Shown: positions 1 through 9,407 of the stretch, piece after piece | How positions within the stretch are numbered: the first letter of the stretch is position 1 | Layout of the letters: every line of letters starts with the position of its first letter | From: Ignavibacteriota bacterium | Lineage (GTDB): Bacteria > Bacteroidota > Ignavibacteria > UBA10030 > CAVZMI01 | Assembly (NCBI GenBank): GCA_963776275.1 | Contig: CAVZMI010000015.1 | Location: 110,984 to 174,983, forward strand | Direction: 5' to 3' | Length of the DNA stretch: 64,000 nt | Translations under genes and position numbers: made by a program | Notes under the pieces: model-generated | What the model was told of the DNA's origin: nothing | The model's database searches: none | Seen by the model: only the letters and a program-made list of their open reading frames with translations

Positions 1-130
1 CTCCGAGGCCGAAAAGATCCCATTCCTTCCAGTATGCCGAATCGATTTCGTGCGTAAAAAGGACTGTCATATTCAGTAAATACAAAAGACAGTTCAACGA
101 CTTCATAGTCATGGAGTGCTTCATGAACAT
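1..130 (-). CDS. partial membrane protein, DUF6713-like (runs off the window start)
   Basis: Own translation MFMKHSMTMKSLNCLLYLLNMTVLFTHEIDSAYWKEWDLFGLG; ATG overlaps the stop of the upstream gene (TAATG); HEIDSAYWKEW motif. Confidence 0.55.
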   Translation of the reverse strand, partial: MFMKHSMTMKSLNCLLYLLNMTVLFTHEIDSAYWKEWDLFGLG

Positions 131-747
131 TATTTTCCTGGGATATTGAATACGGGGAAGTGACGAACTAATATTCTTTCAACATCATCAAGCCATTCGA
201 TACGTTGATCGGGTGTGCTTGTGACTATGACACCATATGTTGTCCTATGAAAATTCCTTACGCCGCATAAGTTAAAAATACAATTTTTCCAGATGGTTTC
301 CAAAGGATCGCCAAAAACTTCCCGCTCTCTTTCCGGCCGGGTATTCGATGTGTTGAAGACGACGGCTGTTTCGGCTTTAAGAAGACCGAGCGGTGTGCCC
401 TCGCCGCTATCGCCATTGATAAACTGATATGTAACAGCAGGACGAAAGACACGATCGATCCACCCTTTCAATATTGCAGGCGGTTGCCCCCACCAATTCG
501 GATGAACAATAACAATTCCATGCGAATGTACAATTTCATCGCAGTGCAATTTAATGGTTTCCGGGATGACGGCAGTCGTCTGAAATTCTTCGAATGGAAG
601 AATAGGATCGAAATGCTCTGCATAGAGATCGTGATAAAACACAGAATAGCCAAGATGCCTTAATACTTCAGCACTCCGGCGGGCAATTGCATGATTGAAA
701 CTCTGTGTGTTGGGGTGTGCAACGATAACGGAAATATTTTTATTCAC
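130..747 (-). CDS. NAD(P)H-dependent oxidoreductase, flavodoxin-like fold (KefF/MdaB/NQO family)
   Basis: AHPNTQSFNHAI and HPNWWGQPPAILKGWIDRVF motifs. Confidence 0.9.
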   Translation of the reverse strand: MNKNISVIVAHPNTQSFNHAIARRSAEVLRHLGYSVFYHDLYAEHFDPILPFEEFQTTAVIPETIKLHCDEIVHSHGIVIVHPNWWGQPPAILKGWIDRVFRPAVTYQFINGDSGEGTPLGLLKAETAVVFNTSNTRPEREREVFGDPLETIWKNCIFNLCGVRNFHRTTYGVIVTSTPDQRIEWLDDVERILVRHFPVFNIPGK

Positions 748-781
748 GGGGATTGGTATCCTTTTTTACATCCGAAATTTT

Positions 782-1345
782 TTATGAAGGAGATTTTCGA
801 TTGTTGTCGTCGGGGATCAGAACACTGCATCCAACACGTGTTGGATGATCCCGAACAAGTGTTTTAGATTCTAACCTGCGGATTATACAGAGAATAAGTA
901 AGTCTCCACCCGCACCCATGGTAAAAATCAAGCCAAAAAATAATAACCAGCCGGATCCCGTAATCACCGATACGATTGATGGAATAAATCCCTCCAGCAG
1001 ATACGGCATCACGCACCCAATTCTGTACGAGCGGGCATCCATAGACTCGGTACAATGTGCGAATGGTGAAAGAGATTTCCAGTGCATGCCAAAATGAATC
1101 GTTTGAAGAGGTTTACCGGCAAAAAAAGACCACGATAATCCGTGAACGAGTTCGTGGAATGCACTCCCGAGTACGACAAATAGCAAAAGTAGAAAAAGGA
1201 ATGCCGTGTTTTTCATGAAGGCGATAATTTCAGTATAACCCCAGAAATGATGATAGAGGGCTAAAAAAAACATCGCAAGCGGCAGAGGAATAAGGATACC
1301 GAGTATTGTCGCTTTTGTGAAAGAGATAGAAATGTCTTTTTCCAT
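782..1345 (-). CDS. DUF3267 family membrane protein (putative zincin)
   Basis: TM helices, HELVHG (HExxH), GAGGD and DHPTRVG motifs. Confidence 0.8.
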   Translation of the reverse strand: MEKDISISFTKATILGILIPLPLAMFFLALYHHFWGYTEIIAFMKNTAFLFLLLLFVVLGSAFHELVHGLSWSFFAGKPLQTIHFGMHWKSLSPFAHCTESMDARSYRIGCVMPYLLEGFIPSIVSVITGSGWLLFFGLIFTMGAGGDLLILCIIRRLESKTLVRDHPTRVGCSVLIPDDNNRKSPS

Positions 1346-1441
1346 TTTATCAAAGCGTTAATTTTTAAGGTGAATACGCTGCAACCGTTTCCGGTACAAC
1401 TGCCGGAATTGTGACAGAAATGTTCTCCCAAGGCCAAGGTT

Positions 1442-1870
1442 CTACCGCTTTATTTCCATTCCGGGAGCATCATCCGGTCGTCTCACAAAACCCAGTTTTT
1501 CATAAAACGTCGTTTTCTCTTTTGCACAGAATAGTTGAATATCCCGGATATTCTTCGAGCGGCAATGTTCAATAAGTCGGTTCATGATAGCGCTACCAAT
1601 TCCCTTGTATTGATATTCAGGAAGAACGATGACATCGATGATAAGAGCATGGAAAACGCCGTCGGAAAGAATTCGTCCGAACCCGACAAGGGAATCTTTA
1701 TGATAGGCTGAAATCATGTACCAGCTCCGTCCGAGAGCTTCGTGCAGCTGATTCTCATCCAGGCGATATTCTTTATTCCATCCTGCGGATTCGAAGAGTC
1801 TATAGAAAGCTTCCCGTGAGGGAAGAGTAACTTGATATTCATAGGAATCCATCGGCATGCTTCCTTTCAC
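1442..1870 (-). CDS. GNAT family N-acetyltransferase
   Basis: VLPEYQYKGIGSAIM acetyl-CoA motif A; FYEKLGF. Confidence 0.9.
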   Translation of the reverse strand: MKGSMPMDSYEYQVTLPSREAFYRLFESAGWNKEYRLDENQLHEALGRSWYMISAYHKDSLVGFGRILSDGVFHALIIDVIVLPEYQYKGIGSAIMNRLIEHCRSKNIRDIQLFCAKEKTTFYEKLGFVRRPDDAPGMEIKR

Positions 1871-2093
1871 TACTCTATACTAATTTAACAGATAACTTTT
1901 CTTAAGCAATATTACAGGATTTTTTGGATGTCAGCCAATATAGGCAGGTACTTGTGCGAAGTGTTAATAGGAGAATTTTTTAGATATGCGATGAAAATGA
2001 GGAATGGTTGTTCAAGAGAGGCAAGTTCTCTCATATCCGAAGACAGAATAGCATATAAAAAAAATCCATTCGAATTTCTCCTTTCTCACCGTA

Positions 2094-2336
2094 TTACTGA
2101 AGGTTCGGTACTTCAGGATGAGCGAGTGAATGTTTTTTCAATTCATCTTCAATGGCCAATGCGACTAGTCGAAGAAGTGATGTCGAACCGGTATCTTGAG
2201 AAACAGTATCAAGCCGTTCATCTTCTCGATAGTAATCGTCAACCGACCTGACCACCTCCCGTATCAAACGCGCGGCCTCATGAAGTTTTATCTTTTCGGT
2301 CTCGGTAAGCGAAAATTCAATTTTTGGACGTACCAT
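2094..2336 (-). CDS. hypothetical protein
   Basis: 80-aa ORF with GGAGG Shine-Dalgarno upstream; same strand as its neighbours. Confidence 0.55.
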   Translation of the reverse strand: MVRPKIEFSLTETEKIKLHEAARLIREVVRSVDDYYREDERLDTVSQDTGSTSLLRLVALAIEDELKKHSLAHPEVPNLQ

Positions 2337-2547
2337 AAATTCAATCCTCCGATAAATTCCTTTATTGATAAGTACCCCCCATTACTTATACCGCAGCCAC
2401 TACGGATTTTGTGACAGATATTTCGTTTTGGCCTTATTTTTCAGGGTAAAAACGATGGAGAATCCAAGAATATATGAGTTCTGGATAAGTCTAGGGAGTA
2501 CTTTTAATTTCAGATGCTAGCATGCTGTTCTCGAGTGAGATGCACGG

Positions 2548-3243
2548 TTAATCTTTGGGGGCTTTCTCAAATATTGAGATGATTTTCTTTAAAACTTCGG
2601 TATAGTCGAATGTAACTCCAACACCGACTCCCGGCGTAGTGATATGGTACGGTCCATAGGTCTGGTTTCGTTGCAGCATCATTAATTGATTGAGTGTGGT
2701 CGGATCGATTTTTCCATAGCGGGACATTTGTGCGTTGAAATTTTCTTTTGCCCACGCGAGCAAAGAGTCTTTCCGTGTTTTCGGTCGGGTTTTTTTCATT
2801 TCTTCACGCAACGCAAACTGTTTGAAACCGGGATAAAGAATAATAAGAGAATCAATTGCACCTTGTGAAACCTTTCCGTTGCCTGACGCGACAGTTGAGG
2901 TTGTATCGTTGGAACCGACACCGGCGATGACCGGAGATTCAGATGTGTCGCTGACTTTATCGGGGACAGGAACCGGAAATCCACCGACTGGTCTTCTTGG
3001 TTGGTAAACTCCCCCATTGTGAACTTTTATGGGTGATGTGGTTGTCGATAGTGAACTGAAAAGTATGGATGGTGCGTGTGGATTCGAAGAGATGACAACT
3101 GTAATTTCCGGTTGATGAACTTCAAGATAGCTTCCGGGATTCAGTATAATTACTATAACAATTAAGAGTGCGAATACAATCAATGCTGTAACAAGGGCGT
3201 ACTTTTCCTCCTGCGTAACCTTATATGATCGTATGCTCTTCAT
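2548..3243 (-). CDS. hypothetical membrane-anchored protein (TonB-like Pro-rich linker, no TonB C-domain recognised)
   Basis: N-terminal TM helix, GFPVPVPD Pro-rich segment. Confidence 0.6.
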   Translation of the reverse strand: MKSIRSYKVTQEEKYALVTALIVFALLIVIVIILNPGSYLEVHQPEITVVISSNPHAPSILFSSLSTTTSPIKVHNGGVYQPRRPVGGFPVPVPDKVSDTSESPVIAGVGSNDTTSTVASGNGKVSQGAIDSLIILYPGFKQFALREEMKKTRPKTRKDSLLAWAKENFNAQMSRYGKIDPTTLNQLMMLQRNQTYGPYHITTPGVGVGVTFDYTEVLKKIISIFEKAPKD

Positions 3244-3477
3244 ACTTCCATTGTATTGGTATTCCTACTTAGACAGTCGGATCGAAAAAAAGTTACGCCA
3301 GGGGAGGCGAATTTTTTTAAAAAATCCCCCTCGATAATCTTTTAAGGAGAACAATCTCCGGGTGGAAGGTACCCCTGTATTGTCATTCCAACGGAGGGTG
3401 ATCACTTCTCAGCAGGTAACAATAGAAGCCCCCGACGAGTGATTGTTATTCACCATACCGTAAATCTACGAAGGATA

Positions 3478-4395
3478 TCAATCTATTTTTTCCAGATCGT
3501 ACGGCGTACGCTGATAGATGTAGTAGTTCAGCCAATTTGAGAAAAGCAAATTGGCATGACTTCGCCACCGAACAATTGGCATTTTTGTAGGATCATTATT
3601 GGGAAAATAATTTTCAGGCACTTCAATTTTCAATCCTTTTTTAACATCTCTATCATATTCCTCCTTCAGGGTAAGGGGATCATATTCGGAATGTCCTGTA
3701 ACGAAGACCTGCCGTCCATCGGTCTTTGCGAGAATATAAAGACCGGCTTGTTCCGATTCCGAGATAATTTCTAAATCGGGAACGGTAGCAACATCCGATT
3801 TTCTGATTTCGGTATATCGTGAATGAGGAGCAAGAAAAACATCGTCGAATCCGCGGACAATCGACGCTGTTTTATTATTGACAGTATGGGGGAAAACGCC
3901 AAACATTTTTTTTGGCAGCGGATATTTGGGAATACCATAATGATAATACAATCCTGCCTGTACACCCCAACAGATATATAGAGTGGATGTCACATGATGT
4001 ATTGTCCATTCCATAATATCTTTCAACTCTTCCCAGTAATCCACCTCCTCGAATTCCATCTGTTCGACAGGCGCTCCGGTGATGATCATGCCGTCATATT
4101 TACTTTGATTCACCTGGTCAAAAGTTTTATAGAATTTCTCAAGGTGATCTATCGGTGTATTGCTTCCGGTATAAGATTTTGTCCGGAGAAGGCCGATTTC
4201 GACCTGAAGCGGAGAATTCGACAGATTACGCAGTATATGTTTCTCGGTTGTGATTTTTAGCGGCATCAGGTTGAGTATAAGTATCCGTAATGCGCGGATA
4301 TCCTGATGAAGGGCATGTGATTCGCTCATCACGAACACATTTTCATTCCGCAATGTTTCTATTGCCGGCAATTCATCGGGAAGGATGAGTGGCAT
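3478..4395 (-). CDS. metA: homoserine O-acyltransferase MetA (probably acetyl-specific)
   Basis: [25 protein letters not shown], catalytic [26 protein letters not shown]. Confidence 0.95.
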   Translation of the reverse strand: MPLILPDELPAIETLRNENVFVMSESHALHQDIRALRILILNLMPLKITTEKHILRNLSNSPLQVEIGLLRTKSYTGSNTPIDHLEKFYKTFDQVNQSKYDGMIITGAPVEQMEFEEVDYWEELKDIMEWTIHHVTSTLYICWGVQAGLYYHYGIPKYPLPKKMFGVFPHTVNNKTASIVRGFDDVFLAPHSRYTEIRKSDVATVPDLEIISESEQAGLYILAKTDGRQVFVTGHSEYDPLTLKEEYDRDVKKGLKIEVPENYFPNNDPTKMPIVRWRSHANLLFSNWLNYYIYQRTPYDLEKID

Positions 4396-4470
4396 AACGA
4401 CTCCTTACTTTATTGATATTCATCAATTGTTTTTAATAAGATACGACATTTAAGGCCACTTTTTCAAGCG

Positions 4471-5706
4471 CTATTCATTGATCCGTTTGATGGTTACGAT
4501 GGTTTTATCGTCGGCAAAGGGGGCCTGCGCCGAATAGACCTGAATATCCTCGAGAATTCTCTGGGTAATTTCTTTTGCAGAAAGATGTTTATACGCAAGT
4601 AATTTTTCGCTCAGGCGCTCTTCACCAAACATCTCTTTATTAGCATTCATTGCTTCCGTGATGCCGTCGGTATATAGGAGCATAATATCGTTCACATGAA
4701 GGTTGATATTCTCGGTCGAAAAACTCTGGTCGGGTGCAAGACCAAGAACCGGGCCGGTGTTTTCAAGCTGCGTGATCGTATCGGTCCGGGCTGAATAATG
4801 CAACGGACTATTATGGCCTGCGTTGCAGAAGAGGCAGAGACCTTTCTTGTTATCGAATAATTCGGCATAAAAAAGGGTCACAAACCGCTCATCAGGGAAT
4901 GTGCGATGAATGAGGTTGTTGATTTTTTTGATTATGGTGTTAATCTTTGTTTCGAAACTTGCACCCATTTTCAATGCACCGGAAATATACAATGCCTGGA
5001 TTGCCGCTGAGAGTCCTTTACTAGCGGCATCACCGACCACAACCCCGAGGCGATCGTTCGACGCGCCAATATCCAGATAATCGAAGAAGTCTCCACCGAC
5101 GATACGTTCCGGAAGTGAGACGCCGAAAAGCTGATAAGGCCCGAAATCATGTTCATGTGCGGGCAGAATGCTGCGCTGGATTTCCCGGGCCTGATCGATG
5201 TCGCGCTCGAGCCACCGTTTCTGCTCGGCGATATTTCTGTTGCGCATTGCCGATGTCACGGCGCTGCTGATGATATTCATCGTATCTATCAGCTCCTGAT
5301 TCAGTGAGGGGGAATTCAATGCAAGAATATATTGATAGAGGCGCTGTTCGCCTATTTTAATGCGCTCGCCGACTCCGGTTGCAGAATAACGCTGGATGCC
5401 CTTCCTGCGTAAATAGGCATTTGTTTCGTTTGCGAGGATGGATCGGTGTTTCCCGACCTCATAAAAAATCGGATTTTCGGATACACGAAGAGAATATCGA
5501 TCCTCGATCTGCGCCATATCGCCGAGCTGTTTCAACAGAATATATGATTTTTTCGATGGACTCAGACTCCATAGCCGTCCGCCGGTAATATTTACTGTCT
5601 CATGTGTGATAATTTCCCTCAGAACATGCAAAAGGAGTTCTTCGTTCGTCTGGAAATTCTCGGGTGTAAGTCGTTCAATTGTACGGAAGAGTTTTCGTTG
5701 ATTCAT
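4471..5706 (-). CDS. PP2C/SpoIIE (RsbU-like) serine phosphatase with N-terminal GAF-like region
   Basis: AREIQRSILP, VGGDFFD, GDAASKG, NAGH, LYTDGITEA, DDKT. Confidence 0.9.
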   Translation of the reverse strand: MNQRKLFRTIERLTPENFQTNEELLLHVLREIITHETVNITGGRLWSLSPSKKSYILLKQLGDMAQIEDRYSLRVSENPIFYEVGKHRSILANETNAYLRRKGIQRYSATGVGERIKIGEQRLYQYILALNSPSLNQELIDTMNIISSAVTSAMRNRNIAEQKRWLERDIDQAREIQRSILPAHEHDFGPYQLFGVSLPERIVGGDFFDYLDIGASNDRLGVVVGDAASKGLSAAIQALYISGALKMGASFETKINTIIKKINNLIHRTFPDERFVTLFYAELFDNKKGLCLFCNAGHNSPLHYSARTDTITQLENTGPVLGLAPDQSFSTENINLHVNDIMLLYTDGITEAMNANKEMFGEERLSEKLLAYKHLSAKEITQRILEDIQVYSAQAPFADDKTIVTIKRINE

Positions 5707-5883
5707 GAAGGAATAATGATATGTGAAGAACAGACAATTCTTTTATAAGATATTAAAAAGTCTCATCGAATTCAAATCGTTTTTTGATTTGATCTGTTGA
5801 AATCCCATTTATAATTATAACATAAGTAAATGCAGTTTCGTTGACGGTTTTATTATTAATAAATAGGGAGGAACTTAAAAGAA

Positions 5884-6102
5884 TTATTTTGATTCTTTTA
5901 CAAGGCAGTGATCATTCTTGCGGTTAAATTTTTTTAGGAATTTACAATACACAGCCTGCTCGCGTCGGCATGCCCCCACTGCAGAAGCAGGAGAAAACGT
6001 TGCATAACGGCATAAAAAATCGCAGAACAATGGAAACGACGGACGTGATGGTGCCGATTGTAGGTTGGATTTTTTCTTCGTTTTGGTTCTGCTCTTTGCC
6101 AT
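5884..6102 (-). CDS. small basic Cys-containing hypothetical protein
   Basis: Last ORF of the minus-strand operon, 16 nt after the permease stop; five Cys. Confidence 0.55.
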   Translation of the reverse strand: MAKSRTKTKKKSNLQSAPSRPSFPLFCDFLCRYATFSPASAVGACRREQAVYCKFLKKFNRKNDHCLVKESK

Positions 6103-6118
6103 ACATATGGTTTAAGTA

Positions 6119-7111
6119 CTATTTTCGCAGCAGCCAGATAAAAAAAGGTGCGCCGAGAACTGCCGTAATTGCACCCACCGGTATTTCTGCCGGTGCCAGT
6201 ATGGTGCGGGCAATCAAATCTGCAAGGAGGAGAAATATCGCACCGGTTAGAAATGATGTCGGGAAAACAATCCGGTGATCGGGCCCAAAGAGGATACGAC
6301 AGATGTGTGGAATGACCAGACCCACGAAGCCGATGACACCGCTGACAGAAACAACGATCCCGATCATCATGGATGCAAGAATATATGAGATCACTTTCAG
6401 TCTTGGAACATTCACGCCAAGTTGTGTTGCACTGTCTTCACCACTCGCAATCAAATTGAACTGGCGGCCGAACGACCAGAACACCATCGATCCGATAAGA
6501 ACGACGGGAATAACAATAAAGAGTGATGCCGTATTGGCATTGCTTAAATTTCCCAGAAGCCATAAATAACTGGTACGCAGCTCCTGGTTGTACAATGAAA
6601 TAAGGAGAAGGATTATGGCATTGAAAAACGTGCCGATCATGACGCCGGCAAGTAATAGAATGTTAGTATCAAGTTGCCCCCGCCGGCGTCCGATGGTATA
6701 CACAAGAACCATCACGCTTAACGAGCCAATAAATGAAGCACCCGGAACAAGCGTAGCCGTTCCGGCGACCAATGCAATCAGTGTCCCGACCGTCCCACCG
6801 CTTGATATGCCAAGGATATAAGGCTCTGCGAGCGGATTACGAAACAAAGCCTGAAACACACAACCTGTGACGGATAGAGCGGCACCGACCATCATTGCAA
6901 GTATTACACGAGGAAACCGCAATTGCCAGAGGATCACAAGCTCGCTCGACGGGATGGCGTCGGTTTTTCCCAGAAGTGTGTCTGTAACATGCGAGAAAGG
7001 AATCGTCACACTTCCGATAGCGAGTGAAACGACACCCGTAATGAAAAGGATCGCAGCAAGACTGCCGGTACTAATTGCCGTACGCCTGAATGTGAGAAAG
7101 GGAGGTTTCAT
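6119..7111 (-). CDS. iron/cobalamin chelate ABC transporter permease (FecCD/BtuC family)
   Basis: LRFPRVIL, FRNPLAEPYILGISSG, GVIGFVGLVIPH, EIPVGAITAVLGAPFF. Confidence 0.92.
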   Translation of the reverse strand: MKPPFLTFRRTAISTGSLAAILFITGVVSLAIGSVTIPFSHVTDTLLGKTDAIPSSELVILWQLRFPRVILAMMVGAALSVTGCVFQALFRNPLAEPYILGISSGGTVGTLIALVAGTATLVPGASFIGSLSVMVLVYTIGRRRGQLDTNILLLAGVMIGTFFNAIILLLISLYNQELRTSYLWLLGNLSNANTASLFIVIPVVLIGSMVFWSFGRQFNLIASGEDSATQLGVNVPRLKVISYILASMMIGIVVSVSGVIGFVGLVIPHICRILFGPDHRIVFPTSFLTGAIFLLLADLIARTILAPAEIPVGAITAVLGAPFFIWLLRK

Positions 7112-8109
7112 CTGTTTGCAATTTCAATAAATTGCCAGAGTGTTTCAATCAGGCTGTCGATACCCTCGTGTGAGACTGCAGAAATCTGATAAACAGGAAT
7201 TTTTGTCTCAAATTTTATTTTATCCAATTTCTTTCGTGCATTGTCATCGAGCGTATCGATCTTTGTCAGTGCAACGAGGCGCGGTTTATTTAGAAGCGAA
7301 GGATTATACGATTCTAATTCGTTCATCAGGATTTCAAAATCGTTTTTCGGCTTCTTGCTGAAGCATTCGATTAGAAAAACGAGCACTTTAGTTCTTTCAA
7401 TATGGCGCAAAAACTGCATTCCCAGGCCTTTTCCCAGATGTGCACCCTCGATCAACCCGGGAATGTCAGCAACCGTGAAGCTTTTAAATTCCTTATATCG
7501 GACTATACCGAGGTTCGGGACAAGTGTCGTGAAGGGATAATCCGCGATTTTTGGTTTTGCTGCCGAGATACTGGCTATCAATGTAGATTTCCCGGCATTC
7601 GGGAAGCCGATAAGGCCGACATCTGCGAGAAGCTTCAATTCTAATTGGATTGTTATTTCTTCACCCGGTTCACCCGGTTGTGCAATGCGCGGTGTTTGAT
7701 TGGTAGGAGTAGCAAATTCTGCATTTCCTTTTCCACCCCGTCCGCCGCGAACGACAATAGCGGTATTCCCGTGCTGTAGCAAATCGGCAATGATTTCATC
7801 AGTAACAATATTGCGCACGATTGTTCCGCACGGAACCTCGAGAACGATGTCATTTCCATTCTTTCCGGTTTTGTTCGCGCTCTGACCGGGGACACCATTA
7901 CCCGCTTTGTATTGTCGGTTATATCTGAAATCGAGAAGTGTGTTGAGGTGCTTTGTTGCCCGCACGATGACGTCGCCCCCTTTGCCTCCGGTTCCTCCGT
8001 CAGTTAGTCCTTTCGGGACGTATTTTTCACGGCGAAAGCTCACCATTCCTTTTCCACCGTGACCGGCGTGAACCGTGATTGTTGCAAGATCGATAAATTG
8101 CATCGTCAA
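7108..8109 (-). CDS. obgE: GTPase ObgE/CgtA
   Basis: Gly-rich Obg fold (SFRREKYVPKG), GFPNAGKST, YPFTTLVPNLG, DIPG, TKID. Confidence 0.97.
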   Translation of the reverse strand: MTMQFIDLATITVHAGHGGKGMVSFRREKYVPKGLTDGGTGGKGGDVIVRATKHLNTLLDFRYNRQYKAGNGVPGQSANKTGKNGNDIVLEVPCGTIVRNIVTDEIIADLLQHGNTAIVVRGGRGGKGNAEFATPTNQTPRIAQPGEPGEEITIQLELKLLADVGLIGFPNAGKSTLIASISAAKPKIADYPFTTLVPNLGIVRYKEFKSFTVADIPGLIEGAHLGKGLGMQFLRHIERTKVLVFLIECFSKKPKNDFEILMNELESYNPSLLNKPRLVALTKIDTLDDNARKKLDKIKFETKIPVYQISAVSHEGIDSLIETLWQFIEIANR

Positions 8110-9407
8110 TTTGTCCTTGATTCGGGGTAGCGGGTATAGATGAGATCTGCAAATCGCATGGCATCTTTTGAATCGGGGTCGATATCATTCGTAATAAATA
8201 TCTCGTCCAGAAATGCCGCGGCTTCTTTCCAGGTATGTATTTTATTCAGTTTAAGGATAGCAGCAGAGTATTCAACTTCGTTCCGCTTGAATATCTTTTT
8301 AATAATTCTCTTTTGTTCTGAAGGATCGATTGATTTTCTCAGATCGAGGAGTTTCGGCTCTTTTTTTTCAATCACCCCCTCCTCATCGAATGCTTTAACG
8401 GATTTTCGGCGTTGAGACTCAGGGCCAGTAGGTGTCGGTTTTTGGATCTTTTTTTCTACGACGGGTTTTTTAATCTCCGACGGTGGTTGTGCCAGCGCTT
8501 CCGGTGTTATTGCTTCGGCAGGTGGTTCTTCGCTCATTTCAATCATTTCGGTTTCGTGTGAAGGCTGTTGTTCTTCTTCGGCGACACCTGAAGAGGGTTT
8601 TTCCATCTCAACCGAAGCGTCTTCATTTCCGCTTCGTATTTTTTCAATGATTGTTGCAAGTTGCCAGACGGAGATTTCCTTTACTCCATGAAGCATCTTC
8701 TCTTTTTCAAGCCGTGCGCGTATGGTATCCAGGCGCTTGTCATCGAAGAAAATGATAAGAGCATCGACAGTTACTTCATCTTTATGGTCGGTCTTTCCGA
8801 AATTGAGAAAGTCAAAGATCGGCGTTGTCAGCCGGGCAAGCTCGATACTATTGTGAGTCTGAACAACACGATCGTCGATTTTCTGGATAAGAAGACGAAA
8901 CTCGTCGACACGGATTGACACAATACCTTTTTCGGTAAAGTATTGCTCCAGGATTTCATTAAAGTACAGGTATTCTGAACAGTATGTAAGCTTAAAAAGA
9001 ATTTCATGAATGCTTTCCGTACTTTTTTGATTGAAAAGAAAATTAATCAATGTCCACTCGGGACGGAGCAAATAATTGAAGTAGAAATGGATTGACTTAT
9101 CCAACGTTGCTAAGAAATCGTCACGGTCAAAAACAAACCGACTCACAAGCAACATATCGATCTGTTGTTGCAGGCTTTGAATTTCTGGTAAATTATAGTT
9201 GAACCGTTTCGAGGCAGATGAAGCCGTACGTTCTTCCTTAAGCCATTGCCGGACTTCGGATTTAAAGTATGTTTTGATTGTTGGCGGTATTGCGCTTCGC
9301 TGGACCTGCAAGAGTGAGATTGTTTCCGCATCAAGAATCGTCGCAGCGATGAGAGCCTGGTTGATTGCCGTCATCTCCTCTTCAAACATGGGGCGCTGTT
9401 CGTTCAT
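8106..9407 (-). CDS. conserved hypothetical protein
   Basis: 433-aa ORF overlapping both neighbours; acidic linker plus C-terminal helical domain. Confidence 0.75.
   Translation of the reverse strand: MNEQRPMFEEEMTAINQALIAATILDAETISLLQVQRSAIPPTIKTYFKSEVRQWLKEERTASSASKRFNYNLPEIQSLQQQIDMLLVSRFVFDRDDFLATLDKSIHFYFNYLLRPEWTLINFLFNQKSTESIHEILFKLTYCSEYLYFNEILEQYFTEKGIVSIRVDEFRLLIQKIDDRVVQTHNSIELARLTTPIFDFLNFGKTDHKDEVTVDALIIFFDDKRLDTIRARLEKEKMLHGVKEISVWQLATIIEKIRSGNEDASVEMEKPSSGVAEEEQQPSHETEMIEMSEEPPAEAITPEALAQPPSEIKKPVVEKKIQKPTPTGPESQRRKSVKAFDEEGVIEKKEPKLLDLRKSIDPSEQKRIIKKIFKRNEVEYSAAILKLNKIHTWKEAAAFLDEIFITNDIDPDSKDAMRFADLIYTRYPESRTN

Noticed and set aside
3300-4470. SAM riboswitch associated with metA
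   Set aside because: The region upstream of metA is only about 75 nt, and no SAM-I/II consensus was recognised on either side of the gene
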